A DNA stretch of 64,000 nt, taken from assembly GCA_903843225.1 (NCBI GenBank), contig CAIMOX010000016.1:39358-103357 (forward strand), given 5' to 3'. Positions 1 through 10,797 of this stretch are shown here, one piece after another; position 1 is the first letter of the stretch, and the number at the start of each line of letters is the position of its first letter. Below the pieces are notes generated by a model. The model did no database searches and was not told the origin of the DNA. It saw nothing but the letters and a program-made list of their open reading frames with translations. This DNA comes from an uncultured Actinomycetes bacterium (GTDB taxonomy: Bacteria; Actinomycetota; Actinomycetes; Nanopelagicales; Nanopelagicaceae). The position numbers and the translations under genes are program-made.

Positions 1-725
1 TTGGCATCGACAAAATCAAGAATGACTAAACCGCTTGCAAGTTTCAGTGCCGTCTCAACCGAATCAGTGAGGCGAGATTTCGCATCAGCCTTTACCGCTA
101 ACCGATCGACGACAACTTCAATCGAGTGCTTCTCTTGCTTCTTCAATTTAGGAACCTCGGCTAAGGCGTAGACCACACCATCAACCCGGGCTCGAGAGAA
201 ACCTTGAACGGTTAAGTCCTTAAAGAGGTCGACAAATTCACCCTTACGCTCTCGGACAATCGGGGCTAGGACTTGGAACCGGGCCCCTTCCTTGAGTTCT
301 AGGATCTGATCAACAATATTTTGGGGTGTCTGCTTAGCGATCGGTTTGCCACAGTTCGGGCAGTGAGGGCGACCAGCTCGAGCGAAGAGCAGACGTAGGT
401 AGTCGTACACCTCTGTGATCGTTCCGACAGTCGAGCGGGGATTGCGGTTCGTTGACTTCTGATCGATCGAAACTGCCGGAGATAGCCCTTCAATGAAATC
501 AACATCAGGCTTATCCATCTGTCCCAAGAATTGACGCGCGTAGGCTGAGAGCGATTCGACGTAACGGCGCTGCCCCTCGGCGAAGATTGTGTCGAAAGCT
601 AAGGAGGACTTGCCTGATCCCGAGAGTCCGGTAAAGACGATCAATGAGTTACGCGGTAAGTCGAGTGAGACGTTCTTTAGATTGTGCGCTCTCGCCCCAC
701 GAACTACTAACCGATCTGCATTCAT
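1..725 (-). CDS. uvrA: excinuclease ABC subunit A, N-terminal part (continues beyond window start)
   Basis: Absent from the ORF track because it is open at the window edge. Minus-strand translation from ATG 725..723 reads [92 protein letters not shown]..., the canonical UvrA N-terminus with Walker A. ATGA overlap with the uvrB stop. Confidence 0.93.
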   Translation of the reverse strand, partial: MNADRLVVRGARAHNLKNVSLDLPRNSLIVFTGLSGSGKSSLAFDTIFAEGQRRYVESLSAYARQFLGQMDKPDVDFIEGLSPAVSIDQKSTNRNPRSTVGTITEVYDYLRLLFARAGRPHCPNCGKPIAKQTPQNIVDQILELKEGARFQVLAPIVRERKGEFVDLFKDLTVQGFSRARVDGVVYALAEVPKLKKQEKHSIEVVVDRLAVKADAKSRLTDSVETALKLASGLVILDFVDA

Positions 726-2821
726 GAGCCAGCCTCTTCCATTCCACGAAGCTCGCGCTTGAGCTCTCTAATTTCATCACGCAACCGTGCTGCGACCTCA
801 AATTGCAGACCAGCGGCAGATGCCTTCATCTGATCCGTGAGGGATTCTATGAGAGCTATGAGTTCTTGTCTCGGTAGCGAGGCCGGCAGAGTCGCGCGCA
901 CGCCCACAGTAACTCCCGTCGCAAGACCTCCGCCATTCTTGCCCTTCTTCTTAGAGGATTCCTTCGACATGACCTCAGTATCTTCAACCTCTTGGGTGAT
1001 GAGATCGGTAATGTCGGCAATCTTCTTCCGAAGCGCAGTTGGTTCAATTCCATGTTCGGTGTTGTAGGCGACCTGCTTCTCTCGCCGTCTATTCGTCTCG
1101 TCAATCGCCTGGACCATCGACTTTGTCATATTGTCGGCATACATATGTACTTCACCAGAGACGTTACGAGCAGCGCGGCCAATCGTCTGAATCAGCGAAG
1201 TAGCCGATCGTAGGAAGCCTTCCTTGTCAGCATCCAGGATCGCAACAAGTGAAACTTCTGGGAGATCGAGGCCTTCGCGCAAGAGATTGATACCAATCAA
1301 GACATCGTATTCACCGGTGCGAAGCTCTCGTAAGAGTTCGACACGGCGGAGGGTATCGACCTCGGAGTGCAGATACCGCACTCTAATTCCAACACCTTGG
1401 AGATAATCAGTGAGATCTTCCGACATCTTCTTCGTTAAGGTCGTAACTAAGACTCGCTCGTTCTTCGCCGAACGCTCGTTAATCGAAGCAACCAGATCAT
1501 CGATCTGACCCTTAATCGGTTTCACAATGACCTTCGGATCAATTAACCCGGTCGGACGAATCACTTGCTCTACGACATCGCCCTGTACCTTCTCCAACTC
1601 ATACTTGCCCGGTGTAGCCGAGAGGTAGATCGTCTGACCCTTGCGAGTCAGGAACTCATCAAATCGAAGTGGCCGGTTATCCATCGCACTTGGCAAGCGG
1701 AAACCATGCTCAACCAAGGTCCTCTTGCGAGAAGCATCTCCCTCATGCATCGCTCCAATCTGTGGAACAGTGACATGTGATTCATCGATTACTACCAAGA
1801 AATCTTCAGGGAAGTAGTCCAGCAGACAGTTAGGCGCACTTCCGGCATCGCGGCCATCGATATGACGAGAGTAATTTTCAATACCTGAGCAGAATCCGAG
1901 TTGATTGATCATCTCGATGTCGAAGGTGGTACGCATTCGAATTCGTTGCGCCTCTAGGAGTTTGTTCTGGCGCTCAAAGGTGTCGACCGCCTTCTCAAGT
2001 TCTGCCTCGATCTCCCCCACCGCACGCTTCATCGTCTCTGGCCCAGCGGCGTAGTGCGAGGCTGGGAAGACATACATCTCAGTCTCTTCCCGCACGATCT
2101 CGCCGGTAAGAGGGTGAAGCGTCATAATCTTCTCAATCTCGTCCCCAAACATCTCGATTCGAACTGCGAGCTCTTCGTACATAGGAATAATTTCAACGGT
2201 ATCGCCACGCACTCTGAACGTGCCTCGCTCAAAGGCCATATCGTTTCGCTTGTATTGAATATCAACAAACTGTCGAAGCAGTGTATTGCGGGGAATGGAT
2301 TCCCCAACACGCAGCCGGATCATTCGATCGACATACTCTTGCGGGGTTCCGAGGCCGTAAATACAGGAGACAGTGGCGACGACGATAACATCGCGCCTTG
2401 TGAGAAGTGAGTTCGTCGCACTATGTCGCAGCCGTTCGACCTCTGCATTAACAGAAGAATCCTTCTCAATAAAGGTATCTGATTGCGGTACATATGCTTC
2501 TGGCTGGTAGTAGTCGTAGTACGAAACAAAGTACTCAACCGCATTATTTGGCATGAGTTCACGGAATTCATTCGCCAGCTGAGCGGCGAGGGTCTTATTA
2601 GGAGCAAGCACCAAGGTTGGACGTTGTAACTTCTCAATTAGCCAGGCGGTCGTTGCGGACTTTCCGGTACCAGTTGCGCCAAGTAAGACAACATCATTAT
2701 CTCCGCGCTCAATCCGCGCCGCGATCTCTGCAATTGCAGTTGGTTGATCACCCGATGGGATGTAATCGCTGATTACCTGAAATGGGTGAGGCTTACGCTG
2801 TAAATCCGATATCGCTCTCAC
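722..2821 (-). CDS. uvrB: excinuclease ABC subunit B
   Basis: 711-aa ORF with Walker [17 protein letters not shown] helicase motif and a C-terminal UVR domain ([14 protein letters not shown]). The longest ORF starts at TTG 2857. In-frame GTG at 2821 forms a GTGA overlap with the coaE stop and is my preferred start. Confidence 0.95.
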   Translation of the reverse strand: MRAISDLQRKPHPFQVISDYIPSGDQPTAIAEIAARIERGDNDVVLLGATGTGKSATTAWLIEKLQRPTLVLAPNKTLAAQLANEFRELMPNNAVEYFVSYYDYYQPEAYVPQSDTFIEKDSSVNAEVERLRHSATNSLLTRRDVIVVATVSCIYGLGTPQEYVDRMIRLRVGESIPRNTLLRQFVDIQYKRNDMAFERGTFRVRGDTVEIIPMYEELAVRIEMFGDEIEKIMTLHPLTGEIVREETEMYVFPASHYAAGPETMKRAVGEIEAELEKAVDTFERQNKLLEAQRIRMRTTFDIEMINQLGFCSGIENYSRHIDGRDAGSAPNCLLDYFPEDFLVVIDESHVTVPQIGAMHEGDASRKRTLVEHGFRLPSAMDNRPLRFDEFLTRKGQTIYLSATPGKYELEKVQGDVVEQVIRPTGLIDPKVIVKPIKGQIDDLVASINERSAKNERVLVTTLTKKMSEDLTDYLQGVGIRVRYLHSEVDTLRRVELLRELRTGEYDVLIGINLLREGLDLPEVSLVAILDADKEGFLRSATSLIQTIGRAARNVSGEVHMYADNMTKSMVQAIDETNRRREKQVAYNTEHGIEPTALRKKIADITDLITQEVEDTEVMSKESSKKKGKNGGGLATGVTVGVRATLPASLPRQELIALIESLTDQMKASAAGLQFEVAARLRDEIRELKRELRGMEEAGS

Positions 2822-3417
2822 GACTTTGCCACCGCCGGCTTGAGCTCGGACTCCCAAAGTTGCTCGACCTGAGCTAGGAGAGCTTCGCGATCACCTGAAT
2901 TATCGATGATGTAATCAGCGATAGCTTCACGCTCCAGATCGGTGGCTTGATGTGAGAGCCGCTTATCGAAATCGTAACCAGCCATGCCGCGTGCAATGGC
3001 ACGTTCCTTCCGAAGTGAGACAGGAGCGCTGACAGCGATAACACGATCAAATCGCTCGGCTCCTTTACTCTCTACGAGAAGGGGAATTTGATAGATCACG
3101 ATCTCATCGTGACCCGCGCTTGTAGCGATCTGATCTAAGGCTTCTCGGATTCGAGGATGAGTAATCGCCTCGACCTCAGCCTTCGCGGCTGGATCTGCAA
3201 AGATAATTTCCGCTAATTTCGAACGATCGAGTGCACCATCTTTGAGAACAACATCGCCAAAGCGTGTGAGGATCTCATTAAAGGCGGGCTCACCGCGCTC
3301 AACTACGCTACGAGCGAGTTGGTCAGCATCGACGACTGTTGCGCCCAAATTGGCGAGATACTCCCCGGCCAAGGATTTGCCGGATCCAATTCCACCGGTC
3401 AACGCAACGAGTAGCAC
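2818..3417 (-). CDS. coaE: dephospho-CoA kinase
   Basis: 199 aa with P-loop [10 protein letters not shown] at the N-terminus. Conserved rpsA-coaE-uvrB neighbourhood. Confidence 0.9.
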   Translation of the reverse strand: MLLVALTGGIGSGKSLAGEYLANLGATVVDADQLARSVVERGEPAFNEILTRFGDVVLKDGALDRSKLAEIIFADPAAKAEVEAITHPRIREALDQIATSAGHDEIVIYQIPLLVESKGAERFDRVIAVSAPVSLRKERAIARGMAGYDFDKRLSHQATDLEREAIADYIIDNSGDREALLAQVEQLWESELKPAVAKS

Positions 3418-3491
3418 CTCGTTAGCCTACCGAGGATCGGTTGGTGATCGCGCCTCAGAACCTCACCTCTCGGAGCTCATGACAATGGTAT

Positions 3492-3520
3492 AGGCCCCGA
3501 CCGGATACCAGTCAGGGCCT
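3492..3520 (-). terminator. GC-rich stem-loop about 19 nt downstream of the rpsA stop (possible terminator or processing site)
   Basis: AGGCCC(C)GAC...GTC(A)GGGCCT inverted repeat read directly from the sequence. No clear U-tract follows on the minus strand. Confidence 0.35.
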
Positions 3521-3538
3521 CTAACGCTAGCTTCGTAC

Positions 3539-4906
3539 TTATTCGGCTGCTGGAGCCGCTTCTTCTGAAGGAGTTTCGGATGTGATGGTTTCAGAAGCGG
3601 CATCAGCGGCGCGAGCCTCTGACTTCTGCTTCTTGTGTGCAAGGAAGCGAGTTTGAGCTTCAGCATACTGACGCTCCCACTCTTCGCGAGCAGCTTCAAA
3701 TCCTGGACGCCACTCTTGGGTCTCTGCATCGAATCCTTCTGGATAGATGAAGTTACCTTGAGCATCGTAGCGAGCAGCCATGCCATATTGAGTTGGATCG
3801 AATGCTTCGACCTCAACTTCGTGGCCTTCATTTGCTTGCTTCAATGAGAGCGAGATACGACGACGTTCGAGATCGATATCAATGATCTTCACAAAGAGTG
3901 AATCTCCGACCTGGACAACCTGCTCAGGAATCTCAACGTGGCGTTCGGCCAACTCTGAGATGTGAACGAGGCCTTCGATTCCTTCAAAGACGCGAATAAA
4001 TGCGCCGAATGGAACGAGCTTAGTCACTTCACCTGGGACAACTTGGTTGATCGCATGTGTGCGGGCAAATGCCTGCCATGGATCTTCCTGTGTTGCCTTG
4101 AGTGAGAGTGATACGCGCTCGCGCTCGAAATCAACTTCTAGAACTTCTACTGTTACTTCATCGCCAACCTCAACGACCTCGCTTGGATGATCGATGTGCT
4201 TCCATGAGAGTTCAGAGACGTGGACGAGTCCATCAACGCCGCCGAGATCAACGAAGGCACCGAAGTTCACGATTGAGGAGACAACTCCGGTACGGACCTG
4301 ACCCTTTGTGAGCTGGTTGAGGAAGGTTGTGCGTGACTCCGATTGAGTCTGCTCGAGGAAGGCGCGACGTGAGAGAACAACGTTGTTGCGATTCTTATCG
4401 AGTTCGATAATGCGGCATTCAACTTCCTTACCGATGTAAGGAGTGAGGTCGCGGACGCGACGCATTTCAACGAGAGATGCTGGCAAGAAGCCACGGAGAC
4501 CAATATCAACGATGAGTCCACCCTTAACGACTTCGATGACAGTTCCGGTGACGACTTCGTCGCGCTCCTTCTTGCCTTCGATCTCGCCCCACGCACGCTC
4601 GTACTGAGCACGCTTCTTGGAGAGGATGAGACGACCTTCTTTATCTTCCTTTTGGAGAACGAGCGCTTCAATACGATCGCCAACTTTTACAAGTTCTGAT
4701 GGATCAACATCGTGGCGGATTGAAAGTTCACGTGAAGGGATAACGCCTTCAGTTTTGTAACCGATATCGAGAAGTACTTCTTCGCGGTCAATTTGTACGA
4801 CGATGCCTGAAACGAGGTCGCCATCATTAAAATTCTTGATTGTGCCTTCGATTGCGGCGAGGAAATCTTCTGCTGAACCGATGTCATTAATTGCGTGAGT
4901 GCTCAA
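3539..4906 (-). CDS. rpsA: 30S ribosomal protein S1
   Basis: 455 aa with repeated S1 domains (e.g. GxVVxG...FGAFVDLGG.DGLVHISEL). TTG start preceded by GGAG. Confidence 0.96.
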   Translation of the reverse strand: MSTHAINDIGSAEDFLAAIEGTIKNFNDGDLVSGIVVQIDREEVLLDIGYKTEGVIPSRELSIRHDVDPSELVKVGDRIEALVLQKEDKEGRLILSKKRAQYERAWGEIEGKKERDEVVTGTVIEVVKGGLIVDIGLRGFLPASLVEMRRVRDLTPYIGKEVECRIIELDKNRNNVVLSRRAFLEQTQSESRTTFLNQLTKGQVRTGVVSSIVNFGAFVDLGGVDGLVHVSELSWKHIDHPSEVVEVGDEVTVEVLEVDFERERVSLSLKATQEDPWQAFARTHAINQVVPGEVTKLVPFGAFIRVFEGIEGLVHISELAERHVEIPEQVVQVGDSLFVKIIDIDLERRRISLSLKQANEGHEVEVEAFDPTQYGMAARYDAQGNFIYPEGFDAETQEWRPGFEAAREEWERQYAEAQTRFLAHKKQKSEARAADAASETITSETPSEEAAPAAE

Positions 4907-5065
4907 GTTGCTCCGTAGGTGAATAGAAGTAGTAGGGATAGGACGTTTTTTCTCTTCCCAGCTGGCTGCAGGGTGAGTTGCTAAGGGTACGCACCTACGA
5001 AATTGGGGTCAAACCGCTGAATTCCTTTCAGCGCTCACCAAGACCACGCGTACGGATACGATGGG

Positions 5066-6256
5066 TTGGTGCGCGAATATCTACGGATTCTGAAGTTTCC
5101 TGGGGTCTACTCGATGGTCTTCGCCTCATTCCCTGCTCGTCTGGCCTACGGAATGATCGGGCTGGGCCTCTACTTCAAGACCTATCACGCCACCAATTCG
5201 ATCGCCTTCGCCGGATTCGTTGCTGGCTTGAACGGCATTACAGGCGCGCTCACGACAAGCATTCGATCTGGCCTCTTGGATCGATTCGGAATGAGGACTC
5301 CGCTTCGCCTCTTTGTTCCCGCATACGGCAGTGCGATCTTGGTATTGAACTTTGTGGGCAATCGAAGTGGCCTGATTGTCGCCAGCCTGCTGCTCGGGAT
5401 TTGTGCTCCTCCGATCAATCTTTCGATTAGACCGCTCTGGAGATTTATCGTCCCAGCAGAAGATATGCGCAAGGCGCTCGCGGTTGATACCTCGGTGATG
5501 ACCGCTGCAACGGTCATCGGTCCAGTGCTTGTCACATACCTCTCGCTATCTAAGCATCCAGCATCAGCGCTCATCGCCTGCTCAATCTTGATCATCGTTG
5601 GAGGGCTCTCACTCTCGGCGCTATCTATCACCCGTCAATGGGCGCCAGAGAAGAAGCAACCTTCAGATCTTGGAATCTTTAAAGTGCCAGGAATTCGACT
5701 CCTGATGCTTGAGGGAGTTCTTATTGGGCTTGGTGCTGGTATCTACGAAATCGCTGTTCCAGCATTCACCTCGATCAAACATGTAGAGCATCTGACCGGA
5801 ACAATCTTTGCAGTGAGCAGTGGCGCAAGCATTATTGGTGCACTTCTGGCAGGTATCTTCGGCAAACACCTCACGCCACTCAACGCCTTCATTCGAAATT
5901 ATTACCTCTGGGCGCTCTTTGCTCTGCCGCTCTTCTTCACCTCTCCGGGGTACTCGCTCATGGTCGTCTCTGGCTTAGTCGGATTAACCGTGGGAGCGCA
6001 ACAAGTTTTCTATCTCGAAGTGATTGAAGCGGTTCGTCCGAATGGAACTGCAGCATCCGCTCTTGGTTGGATGTGGACCGTTGAAGGAAGCGCTGCCTCT
6101 GTTGGTGCTGCGATTGGTGGCTCACTGTCGCAAACCGTGTCCCCGCAATTTTGTCTTGCCATCACAAGTGCAACCGTTGTTCTTGGTTTAGTTGTGGTGC
6201 GTGCAGGTAAACCGTTGCTCTCTGCAGCCGATCGATTTGGCGTCCGACCCGATTAA
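5066..6256 (+). CDS. MFS transporter
   Basis: 396 aa, about 12 hydrophobic segments, MFS-like N-terminus (REYLRILKFPGV..ARLAYGM). Start could be TTG 5066 or GTG 5069. Substrate unknown. Confidence 0.8.
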   Translation: MVREYLRILKFPGVYSMVFASFPARLAYGMIGLGLYFKTYHATNSIAFAGFVAGLNGITGALTTSIRSGLLDRFGMRTPLRLFVPAYGSAILVLNFVGNRSGLIVASLLLGICAPPINLSIRPLWRFIVPAEDMRKALAVDTSVMTAATVIGPVLVTYLSLSKHPASALIACSILIIVGGLSLSALSITRQWAPEKKQPSDLGIFKVPGIRLLMLEGVLIGLGAGIYEIAVPAFTSIKHVEHLTGTIFAVSSGASIIGALLAGIFGKHLTPLNAFIRNYYLWALFALPLFFTSPGYSLMVVSGLVGLTVGAQQVFYLEVIEAVRPNGTAASALGWMWTVEGSAASVGAAIGGSLSQTVSPQFCLAITSATVVLGLVVVRAGKPLLSAADRFGVRPD

Positions 6257-6262
6257 ATCGGA

Positions 6263-8884
6263 TTAGTGCGCAGCGAGATCCCAACTCTTTCCGATACCGA
6301 TATTGACATCAAGCGGTAGTGAGAGCTCGACCGCGTTAGACATCTCTTCTCGGACCAAAGTAGAGAGCGCTTCGCTCTCCCCCGCTGCGATCTCGAAAAT
6401 TAACTCGTCGTGGACTTGTAACAGGAGCCTTGAGGTCAGACCTTCGTTCGTCATCCTCTTTGCGACATTGAGCATCGCTACCTTCATAATGTCGGCAGCT
6501 GATCCTTGGATGGGCGCATTAAGCGCCATCCGTTCTGCGACTTCACGCTGCTGGCGGTTCTCAGAATTCAAATCCGGGAGATAACGTCTGCGCCCAAGAA
6601 TCGTCTCGGTGTAGCCGAGCTCTCGAGCTTGAATGACGATGGTCTTGAGGTAATCACGAATCCCACCAAAGCGATCGAAGTAACTTCCCATTAAGGCCGC
6701 AGCTTCTGTCGGTGAGAGATTGAGTTGCTGCGAGAGGCCAAAAGCTGAGAGTCCATAAGCCAAGCCATACGACATCGCCTTGATCTGTCGGCGCATCTCG
6801 GGATCAACATCTGATGCTGGTACCCCAAAAACTTGAGCCCCGACAGTGGTGTGTAAATCTTCGCCACTCTTAAAGGCTGCGATGAGACCGACATCTTTTG
6901 AGAGATGGGCCATGATGCGCATCTCGATCTGGCTGTAATCTGCGGTAAGCAGATCGACATATGGGTGTGCAGCGACGAAACAGTCACGAATCTTGCGACC
7001 TTCTTCAGTGCGCACTGGAATGTTCTGCAAATTTGGATCAGTAGATGAGAGTCGGCCGGTCGCAGTGACAGTCTGGGCAAATGTTGTGTGGATGCGACCA
7101 TCAGATGCAACAGCACTTAATAAGCCATCGATAGTTGTCATTAATTTACTTGTCTCACGAATACGCAAGAGATGAGCGAGAATCGGATGCTTAGTCTTGG
7201 CGAAGAGGGTCTCAAGGCTCTCCGCATCAGTCGTGTAGCCGGTCTTAATCTTCTTCGTCTTCGGAAGACCAAGCTCATCGAAGAGTACTACTTGGAGCTG
7301 CTTCGGTGAACCAACGTTAAATTCATGCCCGGCAAGTGTGTGAGCCGCCGCGCTCTCTCGCTCCACTTCACCACGGAAGAAGGCGGCAAGGCTTCCAAGC
7401 TTCTCGCGATCGACGGCGATCCCATCTCGCTCCATTGCGGCAAGTTCGATCATTGTGGGGATCTCTAAATCGGTGAGTAGCGATTGCATCTCTCGCTTGG
7501 TGATCTCTTCCATGAGGACCGGCACCAGAGAGTAGATGGCGCCAGCAAGTGATCCATCAAAGCTAGCAAAGAGATCATCGCTCGCAGGTAAGAGCGTCAG
7601 TTCTAAGAATCGTTCAGCTAGATCAGAGAGTGCGAGGTTTCGACCACCAGGGTTAATGAGGTAGCCAGCAAGCTCTGTATCGAAGGTAATCCCCAAAATC
7701 TTTGTGGTGCGAAGCGCCTCTTTTCCGGCATGCACCCACTTAGGAAGATCTGCATTCAATAACCACTCCCCTTGGAGCGCGCCTTGCACTGTGAGGACCT
7801 CGGAGCTAGATAGCGCCACCGCAAATGCGGTTACCTTCTTCTCAATTACTTCGGCGAAGATTGCGATGGGCTCAGTGCGCCCCTTAAGAAGTTGATCAAG
7901 CTCCTTACTTGTGATCTCTCGAGAAGTGACCGCATCCATCTGCACCAAGATTGGTTCACTCGTACTCGCACTGTGGCCACCGAGAATCTTCGCCTTCTCC
8001 TTCAGCGCCTTGATCTCGAGTGAATCCATCAGAGCATTGAGCTTTGGATAATCGACACCCTCCCAATGGAGCTCGCTCACGCTCGCACCAAATGAGAGAT
8101 CGTGGCGAAGTTGGGTGAGCTCTCGGTTAAGTTTTACGCCATCCAAGTGAGCGCGAAGTGAAGCCCCCGCCTTGCCCGGTACTTCATCTACACGAGCAAT
8201 CAAATCGGCAAGGGATCCATATTCTTGAATCCACTTTGTTGCAGTCTTCTCACCGACCCCCGGAACTGATGGCAGATTATCGCTTGGGTCTCCGCGTAGC
8301 GCTGCAAAATCTGGATATTGAGAAGCTGTCAGCCCGTACTTAGCTTCGACCGCCGCAGGGGTCATCCGCGCTAGATCGGTCATCCCCTTCTTTGGGTAGA
8401 GAACTGTGATGTTTTCATTCACTAACTGGAATGAGTCGCGGTCGCCAGTGCAAATTAATACTTCGAAGCCTTGCTCCGCCGCATGGGTTGAGATCGTCGC
8501 GATGATGTCATCTGCTTCAAATCCCTCCATCGCGAAATGGCGCACACCAAGAGCTGTGACCACCTCAAAGATGTAGCCCATCTGAGACCTGAATTCATCG
8601 GGGGTCGCACTGCGATTGGCCTTATATTCCGGGAACTTTTCAGAGCGGAAGGTTTTGCGCGATACATCGAAGGCGGTCGCAATATGTGTCGGCTTCTCCT
8701 CCTTGATCAGATTGATCATCATCGAGGTAAAGCCATAGACAGCATTAGTTGCTTGGCCAGAGGCGGTTGAAAAGTTCTCTACGGGTAGCGCGTAGAAGGC
8801 ACGATAGGCCAGCGAGTGGCCATCAACCAGCAATAAGCGTTTCTCTTCTCCCACGGGGTGGAGTCTAGTTACACTCATGAGCAT
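6263..8884 (-). CDS. polA: DNA polymerase I
   Basis: 873 aa. 5' nuclease motif LLLVDGHSLAYRAFYAL, polymerase motif A DYSQIEMRIMAH, motif C QVHDELIFE. Start is ambiguous (ATG 8884 or 8878). Confidence 0.96.
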   Translation of the reverse strand: MLMSVTRLHPVGEEKRLLLVDGHSLAYRAFYALPVENFSTASGQATNAVYGFTSMMINLIKEEKPTHIATAFDVSRKTFRSEKFPEYKANRSATPDEFRSQMGYIFEVVTALGVRHFAMEGFEADDIIATISTHAAEQGFEVLICTGDRDSFQLVNENITVLYPKKGMTDLARMTPAAVEAKYGLTASQYPDFAALRGDPSDNLPSVPGVGEKTATKWIQEYGSLADLIARVDEVPGKAGASLRAHLDGVKLNRELTQLRHDLSFGASVSELHWEGVDYPKLNALMDSLEIKALKEKAKILGGHSASTSEPILVQMDAVTSREITSKELDQLLKGRTEPIAIFAEVIEKKVTAFAVALSSSEVLTVQGALQGEWLLNADLPKWVHAGKEALRTTKILGITFDTELAGYLINPGGRNLALSDLAERFLELTLLPASDDLFASFDGSLAGAIYSLVPVLMEEITKREMQSLLTDLEIPTMIELAAMERDGIAVDREKLGSLAAFFRGEVERESAAAHTLAGHEFNVGSPKQLQVVLFDELGLPKTKKIKTGYTTDAESLETLFAKTKHPILAHLLRIRETSKLMTTIDGLLSAVASDGRIHTTFAQTVTATGRLSSTDPNLQNIPVRTEEGRKIRDCFVAAHPYVDLLTADYSQIEMRIMAHLSKDVGLIAAFKSGEDLHTTVGAQVFGVPASDVDPEMRRQIKAMSYGLAYGLSAFGLSQQLNLSPTEAAALMGSYFDRFGGIRDYLKTIVIQARELGYTETILGRRRYLPDLNSENRQQREVAERMALNAPIQGSAADIMKVAMLNVAKRMTNEGLTSRLLLQVHDELIFEIAAGESEALSTLVREEMSNAVELSLPLDVNIGIGKSWDLAAH

Positions 8885-9290
8885 GACCGACTATCTAGAG
8901 ATTATTCGTGAGCGTGGCAGCGGGGCCTTAGATAAGAAGATGGGAATTGAATTCCTTGAGGCCTCGCCGCAGCGCCTCGTCGCGCGCATGCCCGTTGAAG
9001 GAAATACCCAACCTTTTGGACTCCTACATGGCGGCGCCAATGTTGTCTTAGCGGAGAGTTTGGGTTCAGTCGGTACTAGTCTTCACGCGGGTCCTGAACG
9101 ACGCATCGTCGGCGTTGATATCAACGCGACCCACCATAAATCTGCAACAGAAGGTTTCGTAACCGGCGTCGCGACGGCAATATCGCTGGGGAAGACGCTC
9201 TGCGTCTATGAGATTGTAATAACAAATGAGGCAGGTGAGCGCACATGTACCTCGCGCATCACCTGCCTCATCTTGGCAGATCGAAAATAA
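8877..9290 (+). CDS. PaaI/YbdB-type hotdog-fold thioesterase
   Basis: 137 aa with the LLHGGANVVLAESLGS motif typical of PaaI-family thioesterases. Start is ATG 8877 or 8883. Confidence 0.8.
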   Translation: MSMTDYLEIIRERGSGALDKKMGIEFLEASPQRLVARMPVEGNTQPFGLLHGGANVVLAESLGSVGTSLHAGPERRIVGVDINATHHKSATEGFVTGVATAISLGKTLCVYEIVITNEAGERTCTSRITCLILADRK

Positions 9291-9296
9291 TCTAGC

Positions 9297-10022
9297 TTAG
9301 GAGTGAGCGCCGGTTCCGAGGTAGGCCTCACGGACCGCTGGATCGTTGAGAAGATCAGAAGCCTTAGCTCCTTTAACAATATGTCCAGTCTCAAGAATAT
9401 ATGCGCGATTTGCACGTTGCAGAGCTTGCTGAGCATTCTGCTCTACGAGCAAGATCGTTGTTCCAAGCACAGTATTAATTTCTGTGATGATATTGAAGAT
9501 ATTTTGAATCATCATCGGCGCAAGTCCCATCGAAGGCTCATCGAGGAGCAGAACCTTTGGGCGAGCCATCATTGCGCGGCCAATAGCAAGCATCTGCTGT
9601 TCGCCTCCAGAGAGGGTTCCGCCAGCCTGGCTTGAGCGCTCCTTGAGACGAGGGAAGAGTGAGTAGATCTTCTCGAGATCCTCTTGCATCTCATTCTTAC
9701 GATCTTTGCGAGAGTACTTTCCGATTTCAAGATTCTCAAGGACTGTCATCCCCGGAAAGATTCCGCGACCCTCAGGGGCTTGTGAGATTCCAAGATTCAC
9801 GCGCTCGTGAGCTGGCATCTTCGAAATATCTTCACCGTTGTAGATGATTTGACCGCTGGCGACTGGGCGTAAACCAGAGATTGTTTTGAGAGTCGTCGTC
9901 TTGCCGGCGCCATTCGCACCGATGAGTGTGACGATCTCGCCCTCTTCAACGACGAAAGAGATACCTTTGATCGCTTCAATTTTTCCATATTGGACCCGTA
10001 GGTCTTTAACTTCAAGACGCAT
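9297..10022 (-). CDS. livF: branched-chain amino acid ABC transporter ATP-binding protein
   Basis: Walker A GANGAGKTT, signature LSGGEQQML, Walker B LLLDEP. Operon context with livGMHK. Confidence 0.92.
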   Translation of the reverse strand: MRLEVKDLRVQYGKIEAIKGISFVVEEGEIVTLIGANGAGKTTTLKTISGLRPVASGQIIYNGEDISKMPAHERVNLGISQAPEGRGIFPGMTVLENLEIGKYSRKDRKNEMQEDLEKIYSLFPRLKERSSQAGGTLSGGEQQMLAIGRAMMARPKVLLLDEPSMGLAPMMIQNIFNIITEINTVLGTTILLVEQNAQQALQRANRAYILETGHIVKGAKASDLLNDPAVREAYLGTGAHS

Positions 10023-10797
10023 CTGTTGGCGCTCCTAAATAGGCTTCGATAACCTTTGGATCATTCTGAACTTCTGCTGGGGTTCCATCGGCGATCTTCT
10101 GCCCGAAATCGAGTACCGATACTCGGTCAGAGATTCCCATGATCAGTGACATATCGTGTTCGATCAAGAGGACTGTGTACCCAGCATCGCGAATTTTGCG
10201 AATAGTCTCCGCAAGCGCAACCTTTTCAGCGGGGTTAAATCCAGCGGCTGGTTCATCCAAGAGAACGATCTCTGGCTCAGTACCGAGCGCGCGAGCTATC
10301 TCGAGTCGACGCTGATCTCCGTATGGCAGATTCTTACCGAGCTGATCAGAGCGATGATCGATCCCCATAAATTCAAGGAGCTCATGTGCGCGAGCGCGAC
10401 CAGCTTTCTCTTCACGACGTGCGCGTGGAGTACCAAAGAGCGCTCCTACAAGTCCAGACTTCTTATGGACATCGGTAGCGGTCATGACATTTTCAAGCGC
10501 GGTCATCTCGCCGAAGAGGCGAACATTTTGAAAGGTACGTGCGATGCCGCGTGAGGTGATGATATTGCGCTTAAGCCCGACGACTGAGGAGCCCTTGAAA
10601 GTAATATCTCCTGATGTTGGTGTGTAGACACCGGTGATGACGTTGAAGATCGTTGTCTTTCCGGCACCGTTAGGCCCGATCAAAGCACAGATCTCACCAC
10701 GATTGACATGGAAGTTGACGTTATTGAGCGCCTTGACGCCACCGAATTGCATCGTGACATTATTGAGCTCGAGGATGCGTTCTTCCTGCTTAGACAT
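10012..10797 (-). CDS. livG: branched-chain amino acid ABC transporter ATP-binding protein
   Basis: Walker A GPNGAGKTT, LivG-type signature LPYGDQRRLEIARAL, Walker B VLLDEP. Confidence 0.92.
   Translation of the reverse strand: MSKQEERILELNNVTMQFGGVKALNNVNFHVNRGEICALIGPNGAGKTTIFNVITGVYTPTSGDITFKGSSVVGLKRNIITSRGIARTFQNVRLFGEMTALENVMTATDVHKKSGLVGALFGTPRARREEKAGRARAHELLEFMGIDHRSDQLGKNLPYGDQRRLEIARALGTEPEIVLLDEPAAGFNPAEKVALAETIRKIRDAGYTVLLIEHDMSLIMGISDRVSVLDFGQKIADGTPAEVQNDPKVIEAYLGAPTDAS

Noticed and set aside
299-505. 68-aa minus-strand ORF from the track near the window start, together with other antisense or alternate-frame ORFs of 60-150 aa throughout (e.g. 4267..4683, 4978..5430, 33147..33596, 39567..39995, 46993..47388, 61094..61459, 61491..61931).
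   Set aside because: All lie inside, or antisense to, strongly supported conserved genes; 299..505 is an alternate frame of uvrA. They have low-complexity, Arg/Ser-rich compositions typical of shadow ORFs.
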